Origin: Chamaesiphon sp.
GTDB lineage: Bacteria; Cyanobacteriota; Cyanobacteriia; Cyanobacteriales; Chamaesiphonaceae
Direction of reading: 5' to 3'
DNA length: 64,000 nt
Assembly (NCBI GenBank): GCA_965246715.1
Contig: CBDFFH010000005.1
Span: 1-64,000 of the forward strand
In this document: one piece after another, positions 52,762 through 63,451 of the stretch
How positions within the stretch are numbered: position 1 is the first letter of the stretch
Layout: the number at the start of each line of letters is the position of its first letter
Program-made: the position numbers and the translations under genes
Notes under the pieces: model-generated
What the model was told of the DNA's origin: nothing
The model's database searches: none
Seen by the model: the letters and a program-made list of their open reading frames with translations, nothing else

Positions 52762-52880
52762 GCTCTACTCGATCGACTTGACTTTAATATAATCACACAT
52801 CTGCAAACATCCGATCTAAGCTGAAACTGTAACTCACAGCTTGCACCAGTTTGCAAATACTAGTGATAACCTTAGATCCA

Positions 52881-52941
52881 GGGTACCCACAAGGGGCACC
52901 CCTACACAATTAACCTGTAGGCGTGCCCCTTGTGGGTACCC
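52881..52941. repeat. Inverted pair of GTAG-type REP-like palindromes
   Basis: GGGTACCCACAAGGGGCACCCCTACA ... TGTAGGCGTGCCCCTTGTGGGTACCC. Confidence 0.75.
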
Positions 52942-52996
52942 AGTCTCTGCTTTTACTAGTCTTTATATTCGTGTAAGATATGAGTAACAGAATGGG

Positions 52997-55900
52997 TCAG
53001 GTCTGGGTTGGTCGATCGAGTTGCTCGATCCGCACATCAAAATTCCGATCCTTCATTCTGTCCGCTAACTCATTGGGATCTTGCACCCAAAACTTTTTAC
53101 CAAACTGAACTAACTGATAGCCACTTTCGCCCCGAACGATCGCGTAAACAGGCGTTGCAGCTGTATCATTGCTGGCATACTCTTCCAGCATCGTTTTAAT
53201 CGATTGAGTCAGGATCTCATCATTAGCAACATTAATCGGTAATTCGATTAATACTAAATGTTGAGACTGGGGATCGTCAGTTGCTGGTTTATGCAGGGCA
53301 CTGGGATCGATCGCGATCGCTTCATTGACAATCAATTGTAATTCGTCGTTATCCTTTTTCCGACTAACTTTACCGACTAAAATTGCTGGAGCATTCGGCA
53401 AGAGTAAATCCTTGACTTTTTCATAAGCTTCGGGGAAAGCTACCGCCTCTAATTTACCGCCAGCAATATCGGTGAGTTTGAGAATCGCCATCGACTTACT
53501 ATCTTTTTTAGTCTGCACGATTTTTACCTCAGTCAGCATCACTACGAGTTTAACTTCCTTACAAGTTTTCTCGATCGTCACGATCCGCACGAAGTCAACC
53601 TTTTGAGCTTTGGCAATTTTCTCAGCCTCCTTGAGCGGGTGATCGGAGACATAGACTCCCAAAAGTTCTTGCTCGAATTGCAAGCGTTCTTGCGATGAAA
53701 AATCGCTAACGATCGATGATTTTGGCACGGCTTCAAAGCCGCCTATTTCTGGCTTGGAATCCCCGAAGAGATCGAATAAGTTGCCTTGACCCATGGCCTT
53801 TTCTTTGGCCTTGCTTTGCGACCACGGAATGATGACATCTAGATCGTTAATTAATTGACGGCGATTGCGATCGATATTATCGAATGTACCGCATTGAATC
53901 AGCGATTCTAACGTCCGTTTATTGACTGCTTGTAGGCTAACCCGCTGGCACAGATCGGCAAGCGACTTAAATTCGCCACCTTCTTCGCGGGCGGTGAGAA
54001 TATTCTCGATCGCGGCTTCACCAACATTCTTAATCGCCGATAAACCAAATAGAATATTCAACCGTTTGGGTCGTTCGGGATCGATAACGGGGCGAAATTT
54101 GACATACGATCGATTGATGTCTGGTGGCTCGACTTTAATATCTAAAGTTTGCTCGCAATTATTCAGATATCGGGTAACTTTATCTTGGTCGCCACTATTG
54201 GCTGTTAATAGTGCTGACATGTATTCCGCCGGATAATTAGCCTTGAGAAATGCTGTTTGATAAGTCACATAAGCGTAGGCAGTAGAATGGCTTTTATTAA
54301 AACAATATTCCGCAAATAATACCATCTTATCGAAGAGACTATCTGCGATCGCCAGTTCTACGCCTTTTTTTGCCGCACCATCGAGAAATTTCTCGCGCTG
54401 TTTTTGCATTTCATCGGCTTTCTTTTTACCCATGCACCGCCGGAGGATATCTGCTTCACCGAGCGTATATCCTGCGAGATCTTGGGCAATTTTCATGATC
54501 TGTTCTTGGTAGACGATTACCCCATAGGTTTCATTGAGAATAGTTTCGAGAATTGGATGTTCGTAGGTGATTTCTTCGCGTCCATGTTTGCGATCGATAA
54601 AAATCGGAATCAGTCCCGCATCTAATGGCCCAGGACGATATAGTGCGAGAATCGAAGATAGATCTTCAATACTCGATGGTTTCAATCTGGCAACGACATC
54701 TAACATCCCGGAAGACTCTAATTGAAATACTCCTTCTAGATCCCCAGACTCAACTTGTTTATAAGTTTTCTCGACATTTGGTGGGCGTTTATTTGATGTA
54801 CCTTTTGCTAAGATTTTGTAGGTGCGGCGTTCCTCAAAGGTAATATCATCTGGATCGATGACATCACCTTTAGTTTGAGCGATCGTATCGATCGCATTTT
54901 GGATGATCGTGAGGTTTCTTAGTCCCAGGAAGTCCATTTTGAGTAGACCCATCGAGTCGAGATCTTCCATATAATATTGGGTAATCACCGAGCCGTCATT
55001 ATTCCGTTGTAATGGCACGATCTCATCCAATGGTTGCGCTGAAATTACTACTCCAGCTGCGTGAACGCCGAAGGTTTTGTTCGTACCTTCGATCCGCAGC
55101 GCCATATCGATCCATTGTTTGGCAGTAATTTGTTCGCCAGTTTCGGGATCTTCATATACCGATGATTCGTAAGCAGCTTTAAATTCCGGCGAGGGGGTTT
55201 TATCAGAGATCATCACCGCTAATTTGGCTGGTTTTCCCCGCGCTACGGGGATTAATTTCCCCATCTCATTTGCCGCACCATAGGGAATATTCAACACCCG
55301 CGCGACATCTTTTAATACCGCCTTAGATGTCATCCGGTTGAAGGTAATAATTTGCGCGACACGATCTTTGCCATATTTCTCCGTCACATAATCAATCACT
55401 TCACTTCGGCGCTCGATACAGAAGTCCGTATCGATATCCGGCATCGATTTGCGATCGGGATTGAGAAATCGCTCGAATAATAGACAGTGATGGACGGGAT
55501 CGATGTTGGTAATCTTCATCGCATACGCCACCAACGAACCCGCCGCTGACCCCCGTCCTGGCCCGACCGGAATCAATCGATCGCGGGCAAATTTGATATA
55601 ATCCCAGACAACCAGAAAGTAGGTCGAAAAACCCATCCGATCGATCATTTTCAATTCAAAATCGAGGCGGTCTTGATACTCTTTATCGATATCACCATAG
55701 TTTTTCACCCGCAGCCGCTCTTTCAATCCTTCACGCGAAATATCTTCAACATAAGTAGCTGGAGTATGTCCGGCGGGAATCGGAAATTCCGGAATCTTTG
55801 GTTCGCCGAGAATATTATAAGGTTGAATCTTGTCGGCAACTTCGAGGGTATTGGCGATCGCTTCAGCAATTACATCATCTGGTAAATGATCGCGAAATAA

Positions 55901-56656
55901 TAGTGCCATCTCCTCCGCAGATTTGAGATATTCATTGCCGCTGTACCGCATCCGTTTATCTTCGCGGATCAGTTGCCCCGTCTGGATGCAGAGCAATGCG
56001 TCGTGCGCTTCGACATCGTAACAAGAGACAAAGTGAGAGTCATTAGTCGCAATGATTTTAATCCCTAATTCGCGCGCGATTCTGACGATCTCGACATTCA
56101 CCACCCGATCTTCTTTCAGCCCATGATCCTGGAGTTCTAGGTAGTAATCATCACCAAACCGATCCTGATACCATTTTGCAACTTTTCGCGCCGCGTCAGG
56201 TCTACCAGCCATAATTGCCTGCGGCACTTCGCCACCCAAGCACGCACTAGTAATAATTAGCCCTTCTTTATACTTCTCGATATATTCTTTATTAATACAG
56301 GGACGTGCAAAGATCCCCCGCCCTTGGAAGCCTTCGAGGTGCGATATCGTGGTTAATTTAACTAAGTTGCGATAACCTTGGGTATTTTTCGCCAGAATAA
56401 CTTGGTGAAACTTCTGATACCGCTTCTGCTGCGTGAAGTCACCATTGATCACATACATCTCATTACCGATAATCGGCTTGACATTGCGCGTGCGACAGAC
56501 TTTGATTAATTCGATCGCCCCATACATTACACCATGATCCGTCAACGCGATCGCGGGCATCCCCAATTCTACCGCTCGATCGACCAAATTGGGCAACTGA
56601 CTAGCACCATCGAGCAGGCTGTAGTCGCTGTGCATGTGCAAACCAACAAAGGACAT
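52997..56656 (-). CDS. dnaE: DNA polymerase III alpha subunit, continuous and intein-free
   Basis: [40 protein letters not shown]-terminal OB fold; single 1219-aa ORF. Confidence 0.97.
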   Translation of the reverse strand: MSFVGLHMHSDYSLLDGASQLPNLVDRAVELGMPAIALTDHGVMYGAIELIKVCRTRNVKPIIGNEMYVINGDFTQQKRYQKFHQVILAKNTQGYRNLVKLTTISHLEGFQGRGIFARPCINKEYIEKYKEGLIITSACLGGEVPQAIMAGRPDAARKVAKWYQDRFGDDYYLELQDHGLKEDRVVNVEIVRIARELGIKIIATNDSHFVSCYDVEAHDALLCIQTGQLIREDKRMRYSGNEYLKSAEEMALLFRDHLPDDVIAEAIANTLEVADKIQPYNILGEPKIPEFPIPAGHTPATYVEDISREGLKERLRVKNYGDIDKEYQDRLDFELKMIDRMGFSTYFLVVWDYIKFARDRLIPVGPGRGSAAGSLVAYAMKITNIDPVHHCLLFERFLNPDRKSMPDIDTDFCIERRSEVIDYVTEKYGKDRVAQIITFNRMTSKAVLKDVARVLNIPYGAANEMGKLIPVARGKPAKLAVMISDKTPSPEFKAAYESSVYEDPETGEQITAKQWIDMALRIEGTNKTFGVHAAGVVISAQPLDEIVPLQRNNDGSVITQYYMEDLDSMGLLKMDFLGLRNLTIIQNAIDTIAQTKGDVIDPDDITFEERRTYKILAKGTSNKRPPNVEKTYKQVESGDLEGVFQLESSGMLDVVARLKPSSIEDLSSILALYRPGPLDAGLIPIFIDRKHGREEITYEHPILETILNETYGVIVYQEQIMKIAQDLAGYTLGEADILRRCMGKKKADEMQKQREKFLDGAAKKGVELAIADSLFDKMVLFAEYCFNKSHSTAYAYVTYQTAFLKANYPAEYMSALLTANSGDQDKVTRYLNNCEQTLDIKVEPPDINRSYVKFRPVIDPERPKRLNILFGLSAIKNVGEAAIENILTAREEGGEFKSLADLCQRVSLQAVNKRTLESLIQCGTFDNIDRNRRQLINDLDVIIPWSQSKAKEKAMGQGNLFDLFGDSKPEIGGFEAVPKSSIVSDFSSQERLQFEQELLGVYVSDHPLKEAEKIAKAQKVDFVRIVTIEKTCKEVKLVVMLTEVKIVQTKKDSKSMAILKLTDIAGGKLEAVAFPEAYEKVKDLLLPNAPAILVGKVSRKKDNDELQLIVNEAIAIDPSALHKPATDDPQSQHLVLIELPINVANDEILTQSIKTMLEEYASNDTAATPVYAIVRGESGYQLVQFGKKFWVQDPNELADRMKDRNFDVRIEQLDRPTQT

Positions 56657-56853
56657 AGGGCAATACTTAACTTAGTGGCATGCAATATTATAATACCCTT
56701 TTTATAGTATTTTTGCACTATTTTTGTGGATAAGCTGAAAAGTTAATCTTGGATGCTACTGGTTGAGTTACTGCGGACGAGCAAAACCAGAAAAATAATT
56801 GCTACGCGGATTGCATTACTAACACTACTCGGGAAGCGTCTGCCTTAGCAGAG

Positions 56854-56925
56854 GGCGGAACTGGAACGAAGCAAATATCCTTAATCCGTTGGCGTGGCCT
56901 TTGCGCTAGAAGAACCTAACATTAA
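56854..56925. repeat. Degenerate right end of MITE family A with a 24-nt insert
   Basis: GGCGGAACTGGAACGAAGCAAATATCCTTAATCCG resembles 23951-23985; insert at 56889-56912. Confidence 0.6.
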
Positions 56926-57110
56926 ATTTGGCCAGTTCAACAACTGTCCATTTGCAACCCGGATCGACATTTATCTAAGGTAAAATCGCGACCCTGAGCC
57001 AGTTAAAAAACTGTCTATTTTGGAGCGCGATCGAGATGTACTCACTTTAATATTGAGATATCGAAATAAATAAATTGGTTGTCAACTACTGACACCAGGA
57101 GCTAATTAAT

Positions 57111-57389
57111 ATGCAACAGATGGTTTCTCAAAAAGATAGTAACGCGTGGATTTTTCAAACTTGGGCGGCATTTATACTCTCGATCGGCATGACAACTACT
57201 GGCATTATTTATCTACCTGTAGATGTGTGGGTCAAAGGTTTTATGGGGATGGGTTTAGGTTTCTCAGTTGGTTCGACATTTAGCTTGGCAAAGACTCAAA
57301 GAGATCTTCACGAATCAACAAGGCTAACCTCGAAAATTGAAGAAGCAAAGGTGGAGCAAATTTTATCTCAGCATGGTGGTTTGAAATAA
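57111..57389 (+). CDS. YiaA/YiaB family inner membrane protein
   Basis: AWIFQTWAAF, LPVD.WVKGF, FSLAKT.RD. Confidence 0.88.
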   Translation: MQQMVSQKDSNAWIFQTWAAFILSIGMTTTGIIYLPVDVWVKGFMGMGLGFSVGSTFSLAKTQRDLHESTRLTSKIEEAKVEQILSQHGGLK

Positions 57390-57458
57390 AGATTAGTAGA
57401 CGTATTAGATGTAGGGTGGGCAATGCCCACCACTCAATATTCGCAATATTTCAAGTTG

Positions 57459-57854
57459 ATGAAACACTCATCCAAAAAATTGATTGACTGCCTATTTCTA
57501 ATATCTATATTTACTTCAGCCTGTTCGCTCGCACCGAACAATGGTATCCAACTACGCAAACATTCAGAGGAGATGAAAAGTGAGGTCAAACACTTTATTC
57601 CCATAGATATGCCAATCACCAAGGCAAAAAAAATCTTAGAGGATAGCCAGTTTAGCTGTAAGGACGATAAGAATTCCGAGTTTTCTCTCGAAACAAGGGA
57701 TGTACATGAACAGTCCGTAAGTCAGGATATTATTCAAGGAGATTTTCTTTCATGTAGCACTACTCATTTCCTCAGAACTTGGGCGGTTGTTATTCTATAT
57801 AAAAGTAATAAAGTTACCTTAGCTTATGCTGTAATAAATGACCTGAATTTCTAG
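57459..57854 (+). CDS. Putative lipoprotein, AT-rich
   Basis: MKHSSKK..FTSAC lipobox; preceded by REP-like GTAGGGTGGGCAATGCCCACC. Confidence 0.55.
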   Translation: MKHSSKKLIDCLFLISIFTSACSLAPNNGIQLRKHSEEMKSEVKHFIPIDMPITKAKKILEDSQFSCKDDKNSEFSLETRDVHEQSVSQDIIQGDFLSCSTTHFLRTWAVVILYKSNKVTLAYAVINDLNF

Positions 57855-57901
57855 CTTGTTAGACATATTCTAAGATTGACATGGCGTTCGCTCCTGAATT
57901 T

Positions 57902-58618
57902 CTATGATTTCTTATCTCCTACCAACTCATCTAACTTAGCCCGAATTGCTTGAATATCTTGCCACATCAACCACTTCGGTTTACCCACTGCCGGATCGGG
58001 ATTGCGTAATAAATATGCTGGGTGGAAAATCGGCATACACCATCGTCCTTCCCACTCGATCCAAGTCCCGCGAATTTTGGTAATCCCATCCTTTTTACCA
58101 GTAATTGCGCGTACCGCCGTCGCACCTGTCAGTAAAATAATTTTCGGATCTACCAACCGAATTTGTTCGAGTAAATACGGTTTGCAAGCGGTAACTTCTA
58201 CCGGAGTTGGTACGCGGTTTTCGGGCGGACGACAGCGGACGACATTGCAGATATACACATCTCGATCGACACTTAGTTTAACAGCAGCGAGAATTTTTTC
58301 TAGCAATTGACCCGATCGACCGACAAATGGTAAACCCTGTTCGTCCTCATTTTGCCCTGGCCCTTCACCGACAATCAGGATCGGTGCTCGTTCGTTTCCT
58401 CTACCGACTACGGCATTAATCCGCGTATTGCCCAATTCGCAGCGATGGCACACCTGACAATGACTGGCAAGTTGAGCGATACTGGTATACGTTCCCGCTG
58501 GAATCGGGATCCCACTCATCGTCGGAATCAGGTCGAAATCGCTAGCTAGGTTGGATGCTAACGGCGAACTGGTTGCTAGCTGGCTGAAAAGGCTCAATTG
58601 GTCTTCTGAGGACATCAT
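57902..58618 (-). CDS. Uracil-DNA glycosylase, family 4 (Fe-S)
   Basis: CxxC, GEGPG..ED..G.PFVG, NVVRCRPP.NR, HPAYLLR. Confidence 0.93.
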   Translation of the reverse strand: MMSSEDQLSLFSQLATSSPLASNLASDFDLIPTMSGIPIPAGTYTSIAQLASHCQVCHRCELGNTRINAVVGRGNERAPILIVGEGPGQNEDEQGLPFVGRSGQLLEKILAAVKLSVDRDVYICNVVRCRPPENRVPTPVEVTACKPYLLEQIRLVDPKIILLTGATAVRAITGKKDGITKIRGTWIEWEGRWCMPIFHPAYLLRNPDPAVGKPKWLMWQDIQAIRAKLDELVGDKKS

Positions 58619-58787
58619 GCGATCGACTCAAACTATTAAATTAATGATATTACCGAACGAAGTTAAGCTGCAAAAGCCGTAAGAAAGTTTGTAGCTTGGA
58701 GCTGGTTGTCTCATCTGTTCGAGATCCGCACTCAGATGAGCGATCGCTCGAACAAACTCATCTAGTCCTTTATCTCTTTCTATTATT

Positions 58788-59450
58788 ATGCGTATTGCTA
58801 ATTTGCGCCGCTTTAATTTAGACGCTCTGATCGTGCTCAAAGGGGTGCTGTCGTTGGTGAAAGATCCCACCCAAACAGAATCTGTCTATGATATCGAAGA
58901 TGGCATGAAACAGAGTGAGGCAATGAAAGTTGCCACCAAATATATGCTGGCACAGCCGGAAATCGCGGCGCTAGCGCAAGAAAAATACCTAGCACCCATT
59001 CCCGATATCCCGCAGCTATTGCAATTCCCCACAGACTCGCTAGGTCATGCCTACGCTACTTATATTAATACGTCTGGCTTCGATCCGGCTTTTTATCGAT
59101 CGATGTCGATCGACGATGATACCAGCTATCTCTTGCTCCGCTTGCGGCAAACTCACGATATCTGGCATGTCGTGACGGGTTTCTCGACGGATGTACCTGG
59201 AGAGTTGGGACTCAAAGCATTTGAATTAGCCCAAACGCGGCGCACGATGGCGGGAATTTTGATGGCTGGCGGTTTCCTCAAATGTTTGCTTCAGACACCA
59301 GCAGAACTCGATACATTACTCGATCGGATCGCACATGGATATCGCACTGGCACTCAGGCGAAATCGCTATTAGCGCAAAAGTGGGAAGAAAATTGGGAGA
59401 AACCTTTAACTCAATGGCGATCGGAATTAGGGCTAGCTACAAATAGTTAA
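58788..59450 (+). CDS. Coq4 family protein
   Basis: RLRQTHDIWHVVTGF....GE (HDxxH-x11-E). Confidence 0.85.
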   Translation: MRIANLRRFNLDALIVLKGVLSLVKDPTQTESVYDIEDGMKQSEAMKVATKYMLAQPEIAALAQEKYLAPIPDIPQLLQFPTDSLGHAYATYINTSGFDPAFYRSMSIDDDTSYLLLRLRQTHDIWHVVTGFSTDVPGELGLKAFELAQTRRTMAGILMAGGFLKCLLQTPAELDTLLDRIAHGYRTGTQAKSLLAQKWEENWEKPLTQWRSELGLATNS

Positions 59451-59495
59451 ACGCTAGGGGAATCATTTTGTACTGCCAATCCCACACTAAACGCG

Positions 59496-59780
59496 TCAAT
59501 CGATTCCCGATCTGGGCGACTTTTTGGGAAATAAATTGGTCATGCTCAGTCCGGTAACGAGCATCGCGAGCAATCCCATACCATTGAGAATTGGATAGAT
59601 CTTCTCTAGATGAAACAATTCGCCATTATGGAGACCAAGGAGAAAACTCCGAGAAATACCGAAGTCGAGTTTCCATTCTGCGACAGTCGTTACCAGCATT
59701 CCGGTAATTGTCGTGAGGATCAGCGGTAAGGCTACGATCCCAGCTAACAAGCGGTGATATTTCCGAAAAGTTCGTTTCAT
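59496..59780 (-). CDS. Small PepSY-associated TM protein
   Basis: FRKYHR..LPL..T.ITG, LHNGE, YPILNG.GL. Confidence 0.8.
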   Translation of the reverse strand: MKRTFRKYHRLLAGIVALPLILTTITGMLVTTVAEWKLDFGISRSFLLGLHNGELFHLEKIYPILNGMGLLAMLVTGLSMTNLFPKKSPRSGID

Positions 59781-59834
59781 AGGGTAAATGAGGAATGGGG
59801 GATCGGTAAGCGCAGATCCTACTGATGTTCGGGA

Positions 59835-60260
59835 TTAGGGCTTTATTGCCGATGCAACAGCACCACCAAAAGATTTTAAGGCATCTAATGCTTTAGTTTT
59901 GTCTGAAGAATTCACAGCTTTTTTGACATTTTTCATGCTGGTTTCGATCGCATCGTATATAGCCGGAGATTTGGCTTTGACATCATCTTCAACTTTCGAC
60001 CAATAGCCTTCAAATTTAGCCATTTCTGTTTTTGCTTTAGCAAAATCTCCAGTTTCGACAGCCGCTTTGGTAGCGGAGATCGCACCAGTTAAGCCCGTAA
60101 ATCCAGCGACCGCACCACTTGCTTTGTTCTTGACCGTGCTTGCGAGATCTGTTGCTGCTTTACCCGCTGTCTCCACGTTAGCGGAGTTATTGGCGGTATT
60201 GCAAGCAGTCAGGGCTAGCATCCCGATCGCCGCCATTGTCAATAGTTGGAACCGAATCAT
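59835..60260 (-). CDS. Lipoprotein, helical bundle (DUF4363-like)
   Basis: Lipobox LTAC; WSKVEDDVKAKS..Y..IE. Confidence 0.7.
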   Translation of the reverse strand: MIRFQLLTMAAIGMLALTACNTANNSANVETAGKAATDLASTVKNKASGAVAGFTGLTGAISATKAAVETGDFAKAKTEMAKFEGYWSKVEDDVKAKSPAIYDAIETSMKNVKKAVNSSDKTKALDALKSFGGAVASAIKP

Positions 60261-60541
60261 GAAAACTCCTTAAAGATTTTACTAGTTATCGTTACCGATC
60301 GCGGGTCATTGCAGCTTGACCTACTCCTCCTCTTCCCCATCTGAGTATCGCAATTATGACATACCTGAGAAGTGTAATCTTTACTCACCTCAAAATATCT
60401 GCCTTGCTTTGAACAAACTTAAGACAAGACCGAAATAAATTTGCCAAAGCCAGTATTCAAAAGTATCTCTAATAAATATTCCTCGATCGAAGACGCGAAA
60501 ATCGAGATCTTCAACAAATGCCATTTGGAGGAGACAGATAT

Positions 60542-62236
60542 CTAACCCCGCAGGGCAGCTACAATTACAGCTGGCAAATTTTGCCAAGTGGGATAGGCTT
60601 CAAATTTAAGTAAATGCTTGGCCATACTTAATAAATTTTTGTGGGTGGCAAACCAGGCTGGGGTGGGGAAAATCCGAAATGGGGCGTAGACGATCGATTT
60701 TTGGGGTCGATCGAATAAATAGGTATTATGGACGCAACCGATACCGGAACCGATGTCACTGAGCGTATTCCCAGGATAGGCACCCCAAGTTGTCGAACCA
60801 AAATAGAATAACATTGCCGACCAGATATTTACCCCGATCGCACCATACTTCAGATTCGCGATCGCACGATCTACTTCTTGAGGGTATTGTCGCTGAGTGC
60901 GATCGTCGATTAATACCGTACAGGAAAGCGTCCCCCACAAGCGATCGTTGGCAAATTCCACCGCTTTAACGAGAAAATCGGGTGCGGTTGAGGACTCGAT
61001 CGCGACTTCGGCTAAGATGCCGCAAAATGCCTCTTCAGTTAGGGCATATTCGCCCGCTACAGGCGGTACATTCGGAATTAGCGTCCAGGGGACAATCTCT
61101 GGGGTCTGCGCCCCTAGCGGCTCGGATTGGGGATACCTGTCGAGAAACGATCGGTAGCGCTCTTGGGCACCAGGATAGTAGGCTTGACGTGGGGGAATGG
61201 TGGCTAATTCCCATCTGACTGCGGCTAAAAATTCATCCCGTTGCATCCAACCGGAGGCGGTGACTAGTACTTGTCCTGACGCACAATTGAAACTAGCATT
61301 ATGGGCGATCGTACTGGCAACCTGACGCGCTTGGAAGGTAAGATCGGATTGCGACCAGTTGCCAGGTACGACGAGAATCGGCGTAACACAGCCGAGTTCG
61401 GAGGTGATGGGTTTAGTAATGCGGGGATTGTTGGTTGTTTTCCGATCCTGTTGTTCGATCGGATTTGTCCCCCACACGATCGCATCGTGAGTGCGATGAG
61501 AACCAGTGATATGGATTGCTTCTATTTGCGGGTGTTGGCACAGATATTCGCCGACTTCGGCACCACCATAAACAATGCGCAAGAAGCCATCCCGCACCAG
61601 CGGCGCGAAGGCTCGAGCTAGATACTCGCCCACATAGGCATTGACAGGATTCATCTTCACGATCGCAACTTGGTTTTCGCTAAATAGCTTCGAGAGGACA
61701 TCCATTGCCACAATTGCCGATACATTGCCCGCACCGAGAATCAGTGCGACTTTGCCAGGAGTCGGTTCGCGATAAATATGTCCTTGTGTGAGTGTGGCTC
61801 CTGGTTCGAGCCATACTTCACCCCGATAGCCCAACCACAATATTCGATCGATTAAATTTGCTGGTAATACCTGCGCGACAATCTGGCCGTTCTCGCGGCG
61901 ATCGATTTTAGGTGGCTTTAGTTGTCCGTTAGCTCCGTTAGCTTGGAGTGATGTCATCAACAATCGCAGATTGCGAACGGTAGAAATCGGCCCAGCAACC
62001 CATTCCTCACCTGCTAAAACTGCTTGGGGATCGATTCCTTTTGCCTGACATGCTGCGTTCGTCCATGATTCGGCAACTGAGATCGTGAGATCGAGGCAGT
62101 CTTGAAGATATGCTAATCGTTGCGGAATGCTAACTTGCGCCCACTTATCACGATGGTTGTGCAGATCGGCAATTGCCAGATCGATCGTGCCAAAGTCTGT
62201 TGCTGCGGGGGTGGTAGCTGTAGAGATTGCGGTCAT
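60542..62236 (-). CDS. Aldehyde dehydrogenase family protein
   Basis: LGAGN, KMNPVN, HITGS, ELGC, NASFNC catalytic Cys, EAF. Confidence 0.88.
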   Translation of the reverse strand: MTAISTATTPAATDFGTIDLAIADLHNHRDKWAQVSIPQRLAYLQDCLDLTISVAESWTNAACQAKGIDPQAVLAGEEWVAGPISTVRNLRLLMTSLQANGANGQLKPPKIDRRENGQIVAQVLPANLIDRILWLGYRGEVWLEPGATLTQGHIYREPTPGKVALILGAGNVSAIVAMDVLSKLFSENQVAIVKMNPVNAYVGEYLARAFAPLVRDGFLRIVYGGAEVGEYLCQHPQIEAIHITGSHRTHDAIVWGTNPIEQQDRKTTNNPRITKPITSELGCVTPILVVPGNWSQSDLTFQARQVASTIAHNASFNCASGQVLVTASGWMQRDEFLAAVRWELATIPPRQAYYPGAQERYRSFLDRYPQSEPLGAQTPEIVPWTLIPNVPPVAGEYALTEEAFCGILAEVAIESSTAPDFLVKAVEFANDRLWGTLSCTVLIDDRTQRQYPQEVDRAIANLKYGAIGVNIWSAMLFYFGSTTWGAYPGNTLSDIGSGIGCVHNTYLFDRPQKSIVYAPFRIFPTPAWFATHKNLLSMAKHLLKFEAYPTWQNLPAVIVAALRG

Positions 62237-62437
62237 TGATGATACCCTCCCGATGGGTTGCTTTTATTATAGGTATGTCGATCGAATTTAAGCGGATGTT
62301 AACAAGGGTAGACTTCAATCCCCTATTCCCTAAAAAAAGGGGAAATTTAGATCTAGGCTCGTAACAAATAAAATTTAGCTAGCATTTTCCGATCGGCAAA
62401 CTACGTTAAAACTGGAGTAGAGCATAATTACCGTTAT

Positions 62438-63451
62438 ATGATTCAGTCCCCATTGACTAACGAACAGATCGATCTCCCCGTTACACCATTTAACCGTAAG
62501 CTCGATGCACTGCTGACCAAAAAATCGATCGCGACGCTTCAAGTCAATCTGGGCAAACGGTGTAACCTCGCTTGCAGTCATTGTCACGTCGAAGCAAGTC
62601 CTCACCGTACCGAAGAGATGTCGGCGGAAGTTTGCGATCGAGTTATCGAACTCATCCAGAAATTTCCCCAATTACAAACTGTCGATCTGACTGGCGGCGC
62701 GCCGGAAATGCTCTATGGGTTTAAACCGATTGTGACTGCGGCAATCGCTCATGGTAAGCAGGTAATCGTGCGGTCTAATCTCACGATCTATTTCGTTCCT
62801 GGTTATGAAGACATCCCAGCATATTGTGCCCAAAATCGGGTGCGAATTGTCGCTTCGTTACCGTGTTATCTGGCCGATAACGTCGATAAAATGCGCGGTA
62901 AGGGCGTATTCGATGATTCGATTCGGGGATTGCAATTATTAAATCAGCTGGGTTATGGTCGCCATCCTGACCTACAAATCGACTTAGTTTATAATCCACC
63001 GATTCCGACCTCTATAAATTTTAGATTGACCCCTGACCAAGTAGCCCTCGAACGGGATTATAAACTATTTCTTAAAGAACATTTTGATGTAGATTTTAAT
63101 CACCTATTTACGATTACCAATCTCCCGATCGGTCGGACTAAGTTTCAATTAGAACACCATCAGCTTCACAAGCCTTATCTCCAGTTCTTGGAATCGCATT
63201 TCAATCAAAGTACTGTGCCGCAATTAATGTGTCGCGACCAACTCTCGATCGATTATCTCGGGAATATTTACGATTGCGACTTCAATCAAATGGCAAATTT
63301 ACCCGCCACAACCCCAACGGGAGAGCCATTAACTATCGCTAAATTATTAGCAGCTGGTACGCTAGACGCAATCGGGGAAATTCAGACAGAAACTTATTGC
63401 TATGGTTGTACGGCTGGTAGTGGTTCTAGTTGTGGTGGGGCGCTAGTGTGA
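62438..63451 (+). CDS. arsS: Arsenosugar biosynthesis radical SAM protein ArsS family (Cys form)
   Basis: LQVNLGKRCNLACSHCHV, DLTGGAPE, ASLPCY, YDCDFNQM, CYGCTAGSGSSCGGAL. Confidence 0.88.
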   Translation: MIQSPLTNEQIDLPVTPFNRKLDALLTKKSIATLQVNLGKRCNLACSHCHVEASPHRTEEMSAEVCDRVIELIQKFPQLQTVDLTGGAPEMLYGFKPIVTAAIAHGKQVIVRSNLTIYFVPGYEDIPAYCAQNRVRIVASLPCYLADNVDKMRGKGVFDDSIRGLQLLNQLGYGRHPDLQIDLVYNPPIPTSINFRLTPDQVALERDYKLFLKEHFDVDFNHLFTITNLPIGRTKFQLEHHQLHKPYLQFLESHFNQSTVPQLMCRDQLSIDYLGNIYDCDFNQMANLPATTPTGEPLTIAKLLAAGTLDAIGEIQTETYCYGCTAGSGSSCGGALV

